DNA from: Paragordius varius | Lineage: Eukaryota > Animalia > Nematomorpha | Direction of reading: 5' to 3' | Assembly: GCA_964247055.1 (NCBI GenBank) | Contig: OZ176053.1 | Location: forward strand, 9,672,001-9,736,000 | Length of the DNA: 64,000 nucleotides | Shown: in pieces, positions 12,264 through 25,754 of the stretch | Layout: each line of letters begins with the position of its first letter | Position numbering within the stretch: position 1 is the stretch's first letter | Notes under the pieces: model-generated | Told to the model about the DNA's origin: nothing | Database searches by the model: none | Seen by the model: only the letters and a program-made list of their open reading frames with translations | Made by a program: the position numbers and the translations under genes

Positions 12264-15200
12264 ATTTAAAACTTGTATATATTTGGTAAATGTTGTCATG
12301 CTGGTGAGTCGATTTCGTTTGTAAAGTTATTGAATAATTCCCTGTTAACAAATCTTTCACAATGAATTGAGGTGTTTCAATCTAAACAGAATAATGAGAT
12401 TAAGATCTTAACTACTTTTCCTGGGTTTTTTGAAATCAGATTTCGTTGCCCATATACATTCATGATTGCTACACCAGTTTCTGTTTGATATTCTTGGGGA
12501 ATTTCATAATTCATCAGGAAATTATTTTGATCCCCGACAGTCTCCATAACCAATTCATACTTGGCCGAAGCATTTAAAGAAATTTTCCGATTAAAACAGT
12601 TACCCTTATTCAGCACTGGAAAAAATTGTCATTTGTAAATGCGATATAATATATTTAAAAGAATTAATAAAAAGACTTATTATAAAATTTGCTTTAACCA
12701 ATGGTTGGAATATCAATTTTGATGAAAATACAATCATCAGTTTTGTTAATGATAGTGGCTTTAACTCCGTCATCTGTAAAAAAGATTTGAGGTGGATCAC
12801 TACTGACTATATTAAGTAAAACATTGAAAATTATAATTAAAAAGATAAAACAAAATGGTAAGCTAATATATATATACGAACAACATTTTTTTAAACGACT
12901 TTTCTGGGTTTGAAACATACACTTAAATGTGTATTTGACCAGATTGTAAAAATAATTTTCATATTTTAGTGGCTTTTATAATTATAATTTTTATATTCCC
13001 ATACAAAAATATTTAAAAATACCTCCTGGCTCTGATGGTTCTATAGGGACTTCTATAACAAAGCTCGTACCTATAATTTAAACTTTGAGATTTACCGTCG
13101 TCCCTCTCTAAAGTACAAATCAATATTAATTATATAGCCATTTTCACCAATATAAATATCATTATAATTCTACCTTCAGTTTGATGAATAATTATGTTAT
13201 GGTTGTCAGCTAAATGTATAAAGAATGCGACGATTATGCAGGAAAATTTAAATCAAATATTTTAATTATGTTTCAAACTTATATACCAGATAAAATTGCT
13301 TCTAGAGCGGCGAAAACTATTCCTAGACATGCTAAAATATAAAGAATAATTTTAACAATGGAACACAAAATATGGATTTAAAGTCAACCAAATATATATT
13401 TTATATTATAAGTACTGATGAGCGTGTCAAGAGAAGAAATTCTAACCATTTCATTTAATGAATTTAAAGTAGTAGCAATTTTAAAAGGGTTTATGTTTCC
13501 GCTAAAAGCTAAAATGACCCTTTGTCAATGGGTTATACTAATCGACAAAAGTTAGGTGTGTGTGTGTGCAAAATATTTTAAATATTTGGGGTTTTATATT
13601 TTAGTATGATTGACAAAATGGATTCTTCTTTAATTTATATACCACTATCTATATTAAATGATAAACGATCTAATTATAGAATTTCGAAATAAACTTGTTT
13701 AACATATACTGGTAAAAATAGGCGATTATTTATATAATTGTGGACAATACCCGACCTTTTTCTTAAGAAGCGGGGTGAATGGTCATATACTAGATAAACG
13801 ACTGTCAATGCATAAATTTTTTTAAAATACATCCCGTTAAAAAATTTATACCCCGTAAAAATTACATCAGAATAAAATTATGACAAAACTGAATTTCATA
13901 TAACAAATACATATCAATATTTTAGAACTAAGGACAACATGAGATATGGTGAAAGGCATGGTACAAATAGGTTTCGTTTTCATTTCTTGAATTTACAGAT
14001 TCTGGGGGGGGAGGCTGGAAGCGGTTTTATTATAAAAATGAAAAGATATGGATTTATTATTCTTATTTATATTATCAGTGCCAAATTTAGGGTCAAAAGG
14101 TAGTTTTTTCTAATTTTCGTAATTCATATTAATTATAAAAATACTAACCCTAAATTTGGCACGCTATGATTATATATATATATATATAACTTACTTGCAA
14201 TTGCTGCAAATAATATGCCTAAAAATTAAAATTAGAATTAACTTCCTCCGAAGAAAACACCTAATATAGAGAAATATGTTTATATTTATATATAATTATA
14301 ATAAATTTTCAGTTATAAAACATACCCACTTTTCCTAAAAATTTATATAGGAAGGAAGAAATGATTTTATAAATTGTTTTGGTTGCATAAAAAATTTATT
14401 CTTACCCAGTGTAAATAATTTGGCTAAAACATTAATATTATGAAAAATATTACCAGCTATAACCGAGAGAACTGTGGACACAAGAGCTGTAACCCCTGCC
14501 GAACCAACTCCTATATAAAAATATGAATTATAAATGAAGCGGTATTGAATAACTTATCACACAATCGTAAAAATGTTTATTAATATTAAAAAAATAATAT
14601 CCAAAAATTTTTAGTAAGCGAAAACCATCGCGTCTTTTTAACAAGCAAATTAAGTTTTGCTTTGATTATGTAAAAATATATCATTTTCCCTTCAAATGTG
14701 TCCTTTTACATATCAAGTTTGTCCCTCGGTAAAGGAAAAACTTGAAATGTAAAAAACTTGAGAGTTCAAATGGTACATAAAAAACTGAACAAATAAGTGA
14801 AATCATTGCTATAATAGTGTTTGTTATAATAATAAACCAACAAATAATTCAAGGGGTTCTTTTTTATCAATAGTTCAAAATAAAAGAACAAAGGAATAAT
14901 CAAAACAAATGAAGTGTCAAAGACTTTGGATTGCATTTGATACTTAGAATGTTGCTTGCAATCATTACCGATTAGTAGCGATTGGCTTAATTTATTTGAT
15001 TCTTTTGGGTAAAAATTTATTATAAAGGTGTTCGTCCCTTCTTTATTCAAAAGAGATTGTGACATATATTAACAGGCCACATGGGAGAGGGGCCGCGGTA
15101 AAAAAGGCCCCCAATGTGTTACTCAAATTAAAATTCCTTTACTGTTTTTGGAACCCTCCGAGGCATTATGTGCGGCCAGCTTTTTTAAATCCATAATTTG

Positions 15201-18200
15201 CGAAAAGCTTGCAAAATTTTAATAAATTTGGTTTTTATGAAACAAGTTTTTTCTTGAATAAGCCTTATTAATTGGCAACAAACTAGAAAAAAATTTATAT
15301 TGTGTTTGCATTCTTCACTCTTATGTTTAATAATAAATTATTTATGAATGTCCATATATATTTCATAGCGGTCCGCCAGTTTGTCAAAAATGCGACCCGC
15401 GAAGCCATTTGTCTTGGACACCCCTAGTCAAAAGCATCTTTTTAACGCCATTATTACTACTTATTAATGAGTTTTGTCGAATGTATATCTATAGATATGA
15501 ACTTTTAACTATCATCCTGTTGACATTGTTGACCATCAAAGTATATATACTTAATTCAACTTTGTATGCTCTTGTTGCCATGTATATTCACATTATGATA
15601 TTGATTTAAAGTTAGATACTTTTGGTATATTAAAAAATTATGGTTGATTTCGTAATTGCTGAAAGCTTTTAATTTTTTAAACTGGTATGTTATACGGCTG
15701 GCCATATATTACATATTATTATGATTATTGTATTTTTGGAAACTATAAGAGAAGATGTATTAGAGGAATGGCATGGTCTTGAACAGTCAAATACAATTAC
15801 GGCCCAATAACGAATCAAAAGTTTTGATCTTGTTAATAGTAATTCGCAAAATGATTATTTAAAAATTTACATTACAAAAAATTAGGTTTTGTACCATTTT
15901 TATTAATCATGTTGAAAAATTCACCCATTTATAAAAGCAATCACAATTACGCTGAGCTTATATTAACCGATCAGAGCCAACCCTATGGATGATGTTTTGA
16001 CTTTTGGATTTTAAACTATAACATTATTTTGATCAGCATCCATAAATAGATGCTTTAATTTGTTTGGAAGCTCTGGTCGGTATCATCGACTTAAAATCCA
16101 AGCATCTTCTGTAATGCTTTCCAGATAGTGATATTAAAAATTTAAAAGTGTTTGGAATTTTAAACATCAGTTTTGAAATCAAGAATTTTCCAGATATGTG
16201 ACAACACAACAAATAATTAGGACGATTACTTATTTTTAATGATTATAAGGAACATATCATATCATAAATGATGTATTCTATAAAATAACCTCAATGTTTT
16301 TATGTCACAAAATATAAATGTGGAAATAATTTTCCAATCTTCTACCTACATAATAAATTTTAAGGACGAAATACATTTAAATGGTATTTAAAAGATATTT
16401 AGGAAGTATATTCAATAAAAAATATGTCATATTGATGAGCAAAAAAATTTATCGATTTACCTGCAGGGTTTGGGCCTTTTGGACCATTTGGCTTTGGGTT
16501 TGGCTTTTGTCCTCTGTCATTGGGAAACCGATTTCTCCTTTCAACCTTATTGTCTAATTTATATAAAAGAAATAATTTACCATGGTCTTCTTGTTGTGGC
16601 TCGTCTAAATTTGTTAAAGTTTAATAGAAATTTAGCATTATAAATCTACCCATATCAACACATAAAAATATTTTATTTAGGATATTTCAACGGTAATATA
16701 ATCTTGATAAATGTATCGGTTTTCGTAGTGCTTTTGGTTTTGGGTTTTACAAGACATTTTAAGAAAAATAATTGTACTTTTATAGTAATTGCTCCATATA
16801 TCGCAAATTTGGCGCATATTTTGCTAATAAAGATATTTTAATAAAAGCTAGATGCTTTATTTCAAAATATCTTGCAAAAATATATTATAATGTCCAATGA
16901 ATGAACAAATATTATATATAATTTTCATATTGGATGTGGGCTCCAAAAGTTTTAATACCCCGGTAAAATGGTTAGTTTTATTATGGAGCCCACATTAAAT
17001 TAAAATTTAAAATAAATAGTGTTTTGTTTTTAGTAATAGTTTATGATATATTTTCATAACATATTTTGAAATGAAGCTTTTAGTTTTCACCAAAAAAATT
17101 ATTAAGCATTATGTGGACTAATTTTCTAATTTTTTAGTATGGATTAGAAGAAAATGTTAATATTTTACCATACATTTACCAATCATTATTTTGTGGCTTT
17201 GTTCGCAAACAATTGATTGAACTTTTTATATTTTTTAAAAATCAAGATAATTAATGTGTGGGATTATCATTGGTCTGGTGTGTGTTTTATATTGAATTGG
17301 AAGGCACTATTATAATTTGGTAACTTTCAAATAATTTAAAAATTAGCAAAAAGTTTTAAAATATATTTGTGTATATTTTATAATGGGTAAGATCATTGAC
17401 AGATTAAATGATCTCATACAACCCATTTTCGGCACACTTTGGGCCTATCATTTTGGAAAAATACTTTAGAAACTATAATTTTTAATCTTTTCCTTATATT
17501 TAAACTAAGTTTTATTTCTGGCTTGGTTGGTTTTTATATAAAACGGTGGCAAACCATTTGCTTGTGTAATATAAGGCAAGAATTTAGATAACCACAATCA
17601 TTTATAAACGCGCAAAAAAATATAATTTTAGCCAAATATTTAATTCCTGGAAATATTCCCTAATCTTAGTTCATTAAATTAATAAATTATTTAATTAAAA
17701 AAATAATCTTACGTGGTGAATATGCATTTATTTTTAGCTTTAAAAATTTTATTGATATTGTTCATATATTGTAGCATAATTACAAAATAACAATATTAGT
17801 CCATGGATAAATACAAATGTGTTTTGTTTAAAAATTTTCAATCCATACCTTCTTCCCCGGGAACATCTTCATTGGGGCCGTTTTCTGGTTCCTGATCTAC
17901 AGTAAAATTTACTCAGAAATAATTTTAATAGAAAATGAACTTTTAATAAATAGGATTTAAAGCAGGGGTATTCAACATGCGGCCCGCAAAAAACTTGGCA
18001 ATTCATAATTTGCAATGCTCACAAAATCTTGGCAAAATTAATATTTATTATACAAATTTTTTGAACAAGGCCATTCAATTGGCAACAAATTTAAACTAAC
18101 GTTATGTTGTGTTTGGGTTTTACAGTCGTATGTTTAAAATCTAATAAAATATTATTAAATGTCCATATATTTTGCGCATGCGGTCCATCAGCTTTTTGTA

Positions 18201-21200
18201 ATGAAAAATGAGACCCGAGAAGCCATTTGAGTTGGACACCCCTGATTTAAAGGTTTTGGGGAATTTTTAGTAAGCGCATACAATTTATTTTTTATAAAAT
18301 CATATTAACCTTTTCCTGTGTCAGATTCTTCGTCGGAAGTCCTATCATCGTCAGCATTCTGATTTGGTGCGTCATTTTCTACTTCTGGATCCTCATTCAC
18401 GTTCATTACGTGTTCTAAAACCTCTTCCTGGGGATTGTTTTCAGCCATTTGGTCCAACTCTTGGGATTTTATTATGGTATGCAAAATATTTATTTTTTGA
18501 GTAATTTGCTTAAAATTTATTAGTATTACTATCAAATGAAAGAGATAGTAACACATAAAGTTTTTCCCTAAATATAGGGGTGAAACTAACTATTATAATT
18601 ATTTGGTACAATTTTTTATTAATTCATATTTATCAAGTTATTTTTCATATCTTTTTATAACAGGAATAGGTCAAAGCTGTGACGGTGATGGTTTCATTAT
18701 AAAAAATGTTAATGTGATTTTTCCTTTTAACATGAATCAAAATATTATATTTAACGTTAAGGGCAGGCTTATTTGGTGTTTGCTGCTTATTGATAAAATA
18801 ATAATTACGTAATATTTATAAATTTACCCCCGTAGAGTCCTTGGAGAGCTTAATAATATATTAATTTTTTAAACATATATAAACAAGAGAAATATTTATA
18901 AGGATTGATTTTTAAATAGTGTTAATATTTTAAGAATATAATGGTATTTTTGGGGACTTTTTAATAGAGAATAAGCTTTCCTAATTGGCAAAATAAGTCT
19001 AAGTATAAGGAAAATAAGTAAAAAACTAAAATAAACAGCTGATCAATATTGATTACCATTTTACTTATGATATACTATTCATGATAATTTAGGCACGTAA
19101 AAAATTTACAATACAGGGAAATTCAATTTTACATGTAAAACTCAAAAAATTCGCATATCGTTGAATTCTGCCATCTTTTGTATATTCTCGAATTAATGTA
19201 TCCTCTATTTTAAAGAACGTGACAGTAACTAAACCTATATAATTATATAGGTTTGGCTAAAATACATTTGAAATATAATTTAAAGATATATTTTAGCTAC
19301 ATCAAAATTGATTATGCACAAAATTTTAAGCATAACAGTCAGTATTCACAAATAAATATTCTAATGAAACATATATTCTGATACAATATGTAAGAGATTC
19401 TCATGCTTTTAAGTTTTACGCGTGTTATAAAAAAATTATATTCACTTTTATGGTAATTGCTCCATATTTGAAGATGACAAAATTTGCCCAAATTTTGTTA
19501 TAAAATTTTTTTTCTGAAGGCTAAATGTCCAAAAACTATCATTCAAACATATCATAAACTACAATAAAAAGCATACAATATTTATAAGATTTTAAATTTT
19601 GAGTGTTGATCTCCGAAAATTTTGACTATTCCGACCCGTCTAAATGAGCAAGTTCTTTTAAAATAAAAGCGAAACATTTTTTAAAAATATGCTAAATTTT
19701 GAAAAAAATTCAGAAAAAAGTCGATATTGTGCTTACTTAGAGCATTTTGGTATAAATATTTTTTTATATAGTTCGATGATGCTGAGCACTTCTATCACCT
19801 CAGGATTTTTTGGAGCATCGTTTGTTTAATTTAAATAAATTGTAAAAAAAACATTCTATACTTAAAATAAATTTGAAGACCCACGAATATTTTTATCATA
19901 TTTTGGTTCAGAATCATCAAAAGAAAAATTGTTTTTATAATATCTTAAAGCGATATTATACCGTTTTCATCACGCATCAAAATAGTATGTTTAAAGATTC
20001 CGCTTAAAATGCAATTTTCAAAAAAAAATTGAAAATTGCGAATCTCGGAATTTTTGCTTTTCTTAGCCCATGTTAGATGGGGGCAAATTTGAAACTTTAA
20101 GAGCCCACATCTAAAATTAAAAATTTGATAAAAATATTGTTAAGCTTTTTATTCGTAGTATATGATATATTTAATAGATAATTTTCGGAAGTATTTAGCT
20201 TTAAAAAAGAATCATCTTCGGATATGGAGCTGTTACCACAAAATTGGTAGTGACTTTCTTATATCGCTAGTTAACCCCCAAAACTAAAAGGACCGTGAGA
20301 ATCCAGATGATATTTTTTATATTCTAGAATTTGTGCGCAATGTATAACTTTTATAAATTTTGACCATAGTATTTATTATTTTAAATAAAGTGTTTTAACT
20401 TTAACACACCTACAAATATTAGAAATATATAGATAGGCTTACTTAAAATCAAATTCAAATATTTAATAGTCACATGTTTGGCTAATTTCAATTTTGTTGT
20501 AATTAGATTTCGCAACAGTTATTTTTGATATTACATTTCTACCAATTTAAGTTGATATACATAATTCAAACAAAATACGATATAAATCTATGACAGATAA
20601 CATTTTTTTTAAATCCCATTTAAGACTTTATGACCTTTTGGGTAGTTTTATATCCCAGGGGGATTTGAAACGATATCTTGAAAATATTAAACATATTCCG
20701 ATATAAATATGCTTTCTTTACCTTTTAAAACTCATGCTTAATAAAAAAATATTGTTAAAAATGTAAAATCCTCCTCACACTTTTTTGTCGCCACTTTTTT
20801 CTATAAATTATTTTAAATCGCTAATACAGCAGGCAAATAAATATATATTATATTAAGATAATGTTATTAATAAACAGTAAGCTTTCAGACATTTTACCAG
20901 CAAAATAATATATATTTATTTTAAAATCAGCGTTTATTTCAATCATGTTTGGAGCTGTCCTAAATTTAAACTCTGGTTACAAAGTAACAGCGGTTTATTT
21001 ACAAGATTGACCTCTGGGATGTAAAACTAACTTAAGATCTCAAAAGGTGAGAAAATCATGGTGCTAATATACTTTGTCAAATCCAATTTTGGTCGTATTG
21101 GTTTGAATTTATCTTAATAATTATAACATAAAAAACGCATCCTTCATAATTTTTCTGTTTTGTTATTTTATGATAGGAAACAAAGATAATTTTTTAACTT

Positions 21201-23068
21201 ATTTTATATATTTATTTTTCTTTTGCAAATGCAAATTAGATTTGAAATCAATTTAAACCACTAATTACAATCTTTGATTTCCCATTATCATATTATATCG
21301 TTTGAAAACGGACATTCATGCAAATCTCACAAAAAAATAAAATTTAAAATGACATTTCCGCATTTGAAACAAATACTTTAACGCATAATATTGACAGTAT
21401 CACGGCTATCATATGCCGATGCCAAAGAATAACCTTTTAATATTCCAATTAAAGAATATAAAATATGGTAATATCTTAATTTAAATAAATCAAAAATTAT
21501 TTACAAAGAGAATATACATACCTGCTTCTAATTGTGGGTCTGGATCTATTATGTGTTAAAATATATACGAATACTTGGTAATTGTTCTGGCCATTGCTCC
21601 ATTTCAACATCTATACAATAGTTTTGGATTAAATCAAAACAGGATACCCATTTCTGGGGCCTCGACAAATTCTATAAATAAAAAAGATATATGCATACAT
21701 TATCTTAAGTGTTTTTATACCCTTTCAACATGCAAATACCCTCAAAAAACGCTTCTTTGTCCAAATTTTAATTAAAAGAATATTTCCAAAAATAATTTGT
21801 TCATGCCATAATCTCACACATATTTAAATTCTTATCGCGTAACGTCGGCTTATTTGCGTTTTATTTAATAAACCTATCCCATCACCAACTGATTTACCTT
21901 GATTCGGATTGAGTTGTTCTACACATAAAAATTAAAATTAGAATTACAAGTAAAATTGGTAACAAAATTAATAATTTTATACAAATTTGATTATTTATTT
22001 TTACCCCATTCTTGTGGCGGTTCTTCAAAGACCTCATCAATTTCTCCGTTTTGTATAGGGCCATGAGCCCCCAAATCCCATTGGGCTAACTCTACATCCA
22101 CTTCTGCATCGTCGGCAATATCTAAAATCAAATTTTGTGGCTGATAAAATTTATTTAAATCCATATATTTATCTTACCTCTCTATACTTATAATTTTTTA
22201 TCCGAACAATTTTTAAATTTTATGCTGTTCACGAACATGTAAATAAATTGACAAAAATTTTTAATATTTTGACACAAAATAATGAAAAGTATGGCTCACC
22301 CATGAGTTCTCCGTTCCCATTTTCATAAACCTCATCCACAAACGCTATTTGTGATAAAACAATTATATTATGCAATGTAAACCCAAAGGAAATAACTGAA
22401 AAATGTTTAATTAATTTTATTAAAAATACAATTAATTTTAATTTATGGAAAGTAATTGGTTATTCTAATTAAAATAAATATTTGATTTACGATATTGACT
22501 GATTTTTAATTTAGCCATTTATGGCCATACAAAAGATTGGTATAAAACAATAGTTTTTAAATATCTATCCCTATATTTTTACTATAAGATTATTGACACA
22601 AACGAATGTAGTGCGATTTAAAGAATTAATATATTAGACTAATAATAAAAAATACACGTTATATACAAGGAGTCAATATCGACTTAAGGATAAATTACAC
22701 GTCTAAATACACGATTTTTGGACCTCAATTTTAATCTAGTAAACTTTTTTTAAACCAAGAAAAAAATTAATTGCAAAACTAAATATGCACTTTTTTAGGT
22801 GGTTTAAATATAATACCATCAATTTTTAAAATTTATTGTTAAGGATGGTTATGAAGCTTAATATAATTAACCAATTATATTTACCATATTTAACACAGAT
22901 ATATATTTGAATAAAGTTTTTAAATTGAAATGACGGATGTGATGGTATAATACCATTTTATCCATATTGGATACTAATATATTATATTAAAAACAATATT
23001 TCGAAGAAGTAATTAAAGTTTATGTAAGTTATAAATAATAAATTTTCCACCAGGAGGTAAGTCTAAAA

Positions 23069-23104
<36 letters not shown>

Positions 23105-24797
23105 AGTATTAGTTGCAATAGAAAAATAAATCATAGGAATCCTAGTGTGCATTTTTGGATGGAAAAACTCCCCAGCATCCATAAAAATCTGAGGTCATCC
23201 ATATTAACACCTTAATATTTTCGGGGTATCCCAGAGCGATATCCGAACTTTAGCCCTTTAGGCGCATTATACAAAAAATTTTAAATGTAAAATTGTAAAA
23301 AAATAGTCATCTCAAACTTTTTTGCCGTCATTTTTTATAAATTTTTTAAATTGCTAAAGCAAAAGTACATATTTGTATATATGGTTATAAAACGCAAACA
23401 ATAACTTTAAAAAGCTTTCAGGCTATATTTTAAGAGGCAAAACTTGATGTACTTTTTTAATATCTGTTCATTTCGATCGTATTTTAGCGCTCTAATTTCA
23501 GACTCTAGCTCAAGAAGTCAAAAATATAAGCTTTTTCATCCAATACATGACAACAATGTATGATTATTAAATTTTAACTAAAATAACCACACTAAATTGA
23601 GATCGGATATAAAACTATCCCAATATGACTAGGACGTGTTAAGAAAAACTAAATAATTTGTTATTATACATTGCGTCCGAAATCGGGAAGTATAAATGTA
23701 ACCTGATGAAATATGTATGTTCTGATATGAAAATATTTCTATATCATGGTGATTGATTTTGGCCCTTATGAGTGATTTAAAGCTACCTACTTTGTCGTAG
23801 GTGCTCTTATCAGAAAATGGAAAAGTTTTTGCACATTTTTAGGTAAAATTTTTTTAATAAAACTGTCCTTCATTCCAAAAAATATCACTAAAATATATAA
23901 TAAACATATAAAGTGCCAAACAATATTTTCAATTTTTTTTTAAAAAATGCATAATTTTTAGAAAAATTTTATTGAAGCGTAGCATAATGAAAACGCTCTA
24001 AGATATCAAACACTTTTTCTATTAAATTAATGATGCTCAACCTATCGTTCCAGAATTATAATTTAAGGTTCCTTTGTTTTAAAAATGTGGTTAATATTTG
24101 TAATAAACCCAATTCTTATATAACATAAATTTAAAGATGAACAAATATCACTGAAAATTTTGAGGTTATGGAAACGTTCAGCATCAAATTATATAGAAAT
24201 TGTGTTTTATAATATCCAAAAGCGTTTTACTGTTTCCATTCAAAATAGTATAAATATGCTTCAACAAAATTTTGCAAAAAAATCAAATTATTGAAAACAT
24301 TTTTTTTGATACCAAAATTTATATGTTTAAAATTTTTATCGCGCAATCCCGGTTTTGCGTTTATTAGAACTAGCCCATATTAGAAGAGTGAAAAAATATG
24401 GGACTTTTGGAGCCATCCATAAATTTAGAATTTTTGAAAATCTTGTTTTGCTTTTTATATGTAGTTTGTGATATATTTTGGAATGAAGCACCTAGCTTCA
24501 CCAAAAATATTTTACTTGAAAATGTGCGAAATTTTGCCATTATCTGATGTGGAGCAGTTACCACAAAAATGAAACTTTCATAAATCACTCGCAGTGCCAC
24601 CAAAAGCACCCTGATAATCCTAATATATTTTTCTATCAGATACATATTTAATCAGATTATTTTTATATCCCGCGATTTTGTATACAGTATATATATAACA
24701 ATTTTTTTAAAGTTCAAGAAAATTTGAAATGTACTCTTCACTATATACATATCGCCCGTCACTCCTAAGCGCGTACCTTCTCACAAAGAGTACTTAG

Positions 24798-24839
<42 letters not shown>

Positions 24840-25754
24840 ATCAGTATAAGGGTTTTAAAATATAAATGAATGAAGCATCAGTTTTATATAAAGCTTATAT
24901 ATTATTGTATTATAGCTTCATGTTTGTATTAAAAAGGTGAGATTAACCTCGATACTTGTAATGTAAAAATAAAATATAAGTGTTTTAATAAAATATATAA
25001 AAAAATGATCGGGTTAATCGGTGTTTTTATTACAAAAAGTTAAAGATAGTGATTTATTATAAAACTGAGTTTAAGTATATTTTTTGACATTCAAGCCCCA
25101 TTATATTTCACAAATTTACATGTAAAATTTTTGGTTCCAAAAATCGAGCCCTATGGATGCATTATTAGCTATTGATTTGCAAGGGTAGCCTTGTTTTATA
25201 AATTGTAAAAAAAACTTCCGACATAATTTAAATTTTGAAGGCTGATATTATTATACCAAAACATCAAAATTAGAGAAACCACATTTTTACCTTAAATCTG
25301 GCACGTTATGTATATCATGAGTGAGTGATAGTAAATTAAAGAGTGTTTCCATTTTATTAAATAATTCGTCAACAAAAATGACTGAAACTTTAGTGTAAAT
25401 GTGATATGTTACATTGAAATACAATCAAATTCACTCACTCAATTCACTAGGAATTAGTATTTGAAGGATTTTGTGCCACGAAATTTATCCCATAATGTTT
25501 TACGGTTTTATTATAGCGTTTGGTGGCTGCCACATATCGTTTATGAGGTATGTGATAAGTGATGGCCAATCCAGTCATATCATTGATATTTTTTTTGCCT
25601 AAGAAGTAGTATATTAGTAAATATTAAAACAGTTTAATTTATTTTAACAATACAAAAGGTAAACATTTACCTGGAGTATAAAACTTGAAGACATAATTTT
25701 TTCGGTTGTTCCTTTTTGTCACCTTCTGCCAGACCAACGATGTACTGATATTGT
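12264..25754 (-). CDS. Unknown micro-exon gene: acidic low-complexity region, hydrophobic segment, then a globular domain with N-glycosylation sequons (putative type II membrane protein); 5' end unresolved
   Basis: Exons (high to low): 25671-25754, 22300-22344, 22005-22121, 21898-21918, 21648-21671, 21575-21610, 21522-21545, 18828-18848, 18310-18459, 17849-17896, 16581-16604, 16461-16553, 14454-14510, 14406-14423, 14195-14218, 13023-13070, 12699-12806, 12416-12615, 12264-12381. All are AG/GT bounded and join into one open frame (...AFVDEVYENGNGELMDIADDAEVDVELAQW...KPNGPKGPNPAGVGSAGVTALVSTVLSVIAAKLFTLGILFAAIASTSFVIEVPIEP...). No family was recognised. Confidence 0.7.
15160..15426. mobile_element. 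Degenerate hAT MITE (same family as 17963-18244)
   Basis: atgtgcggccagc ... gacccgcgaagccatttgtcttggacacccct; left TIR damaged. Confidence 0.6.
17963..18244. mobile_element. hAT-family MITE with 8-bp TSD
   Basis: TIRs CAGGGGTATTCAAC / GTTGGACACCCCTG and a perfect 8-bp TSD ATTTAAAG (17955-17962 and 18245-18252). Confidence 0.9.
19451..20238. mobile_element. MITE with ~25-bp TIRs (TGGTAA..GCTCCATAT..GAAGAT); partial relatives at ~16783-17140 and ~23960-24562
   Basis: tggtaattgctccatatttgaagat vs atcttcggatatggagctgttacca. Shared internal motifs such as gagcccacat. Superfamily not determined. Confidence 0.65.

Noticed and set aside
22178-22230. Extra exon of the micro-exon gene ending at a strong gtaaga donor
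   Set aside because: Every candidate acceptor gives an in-frame stop or a frameshift.
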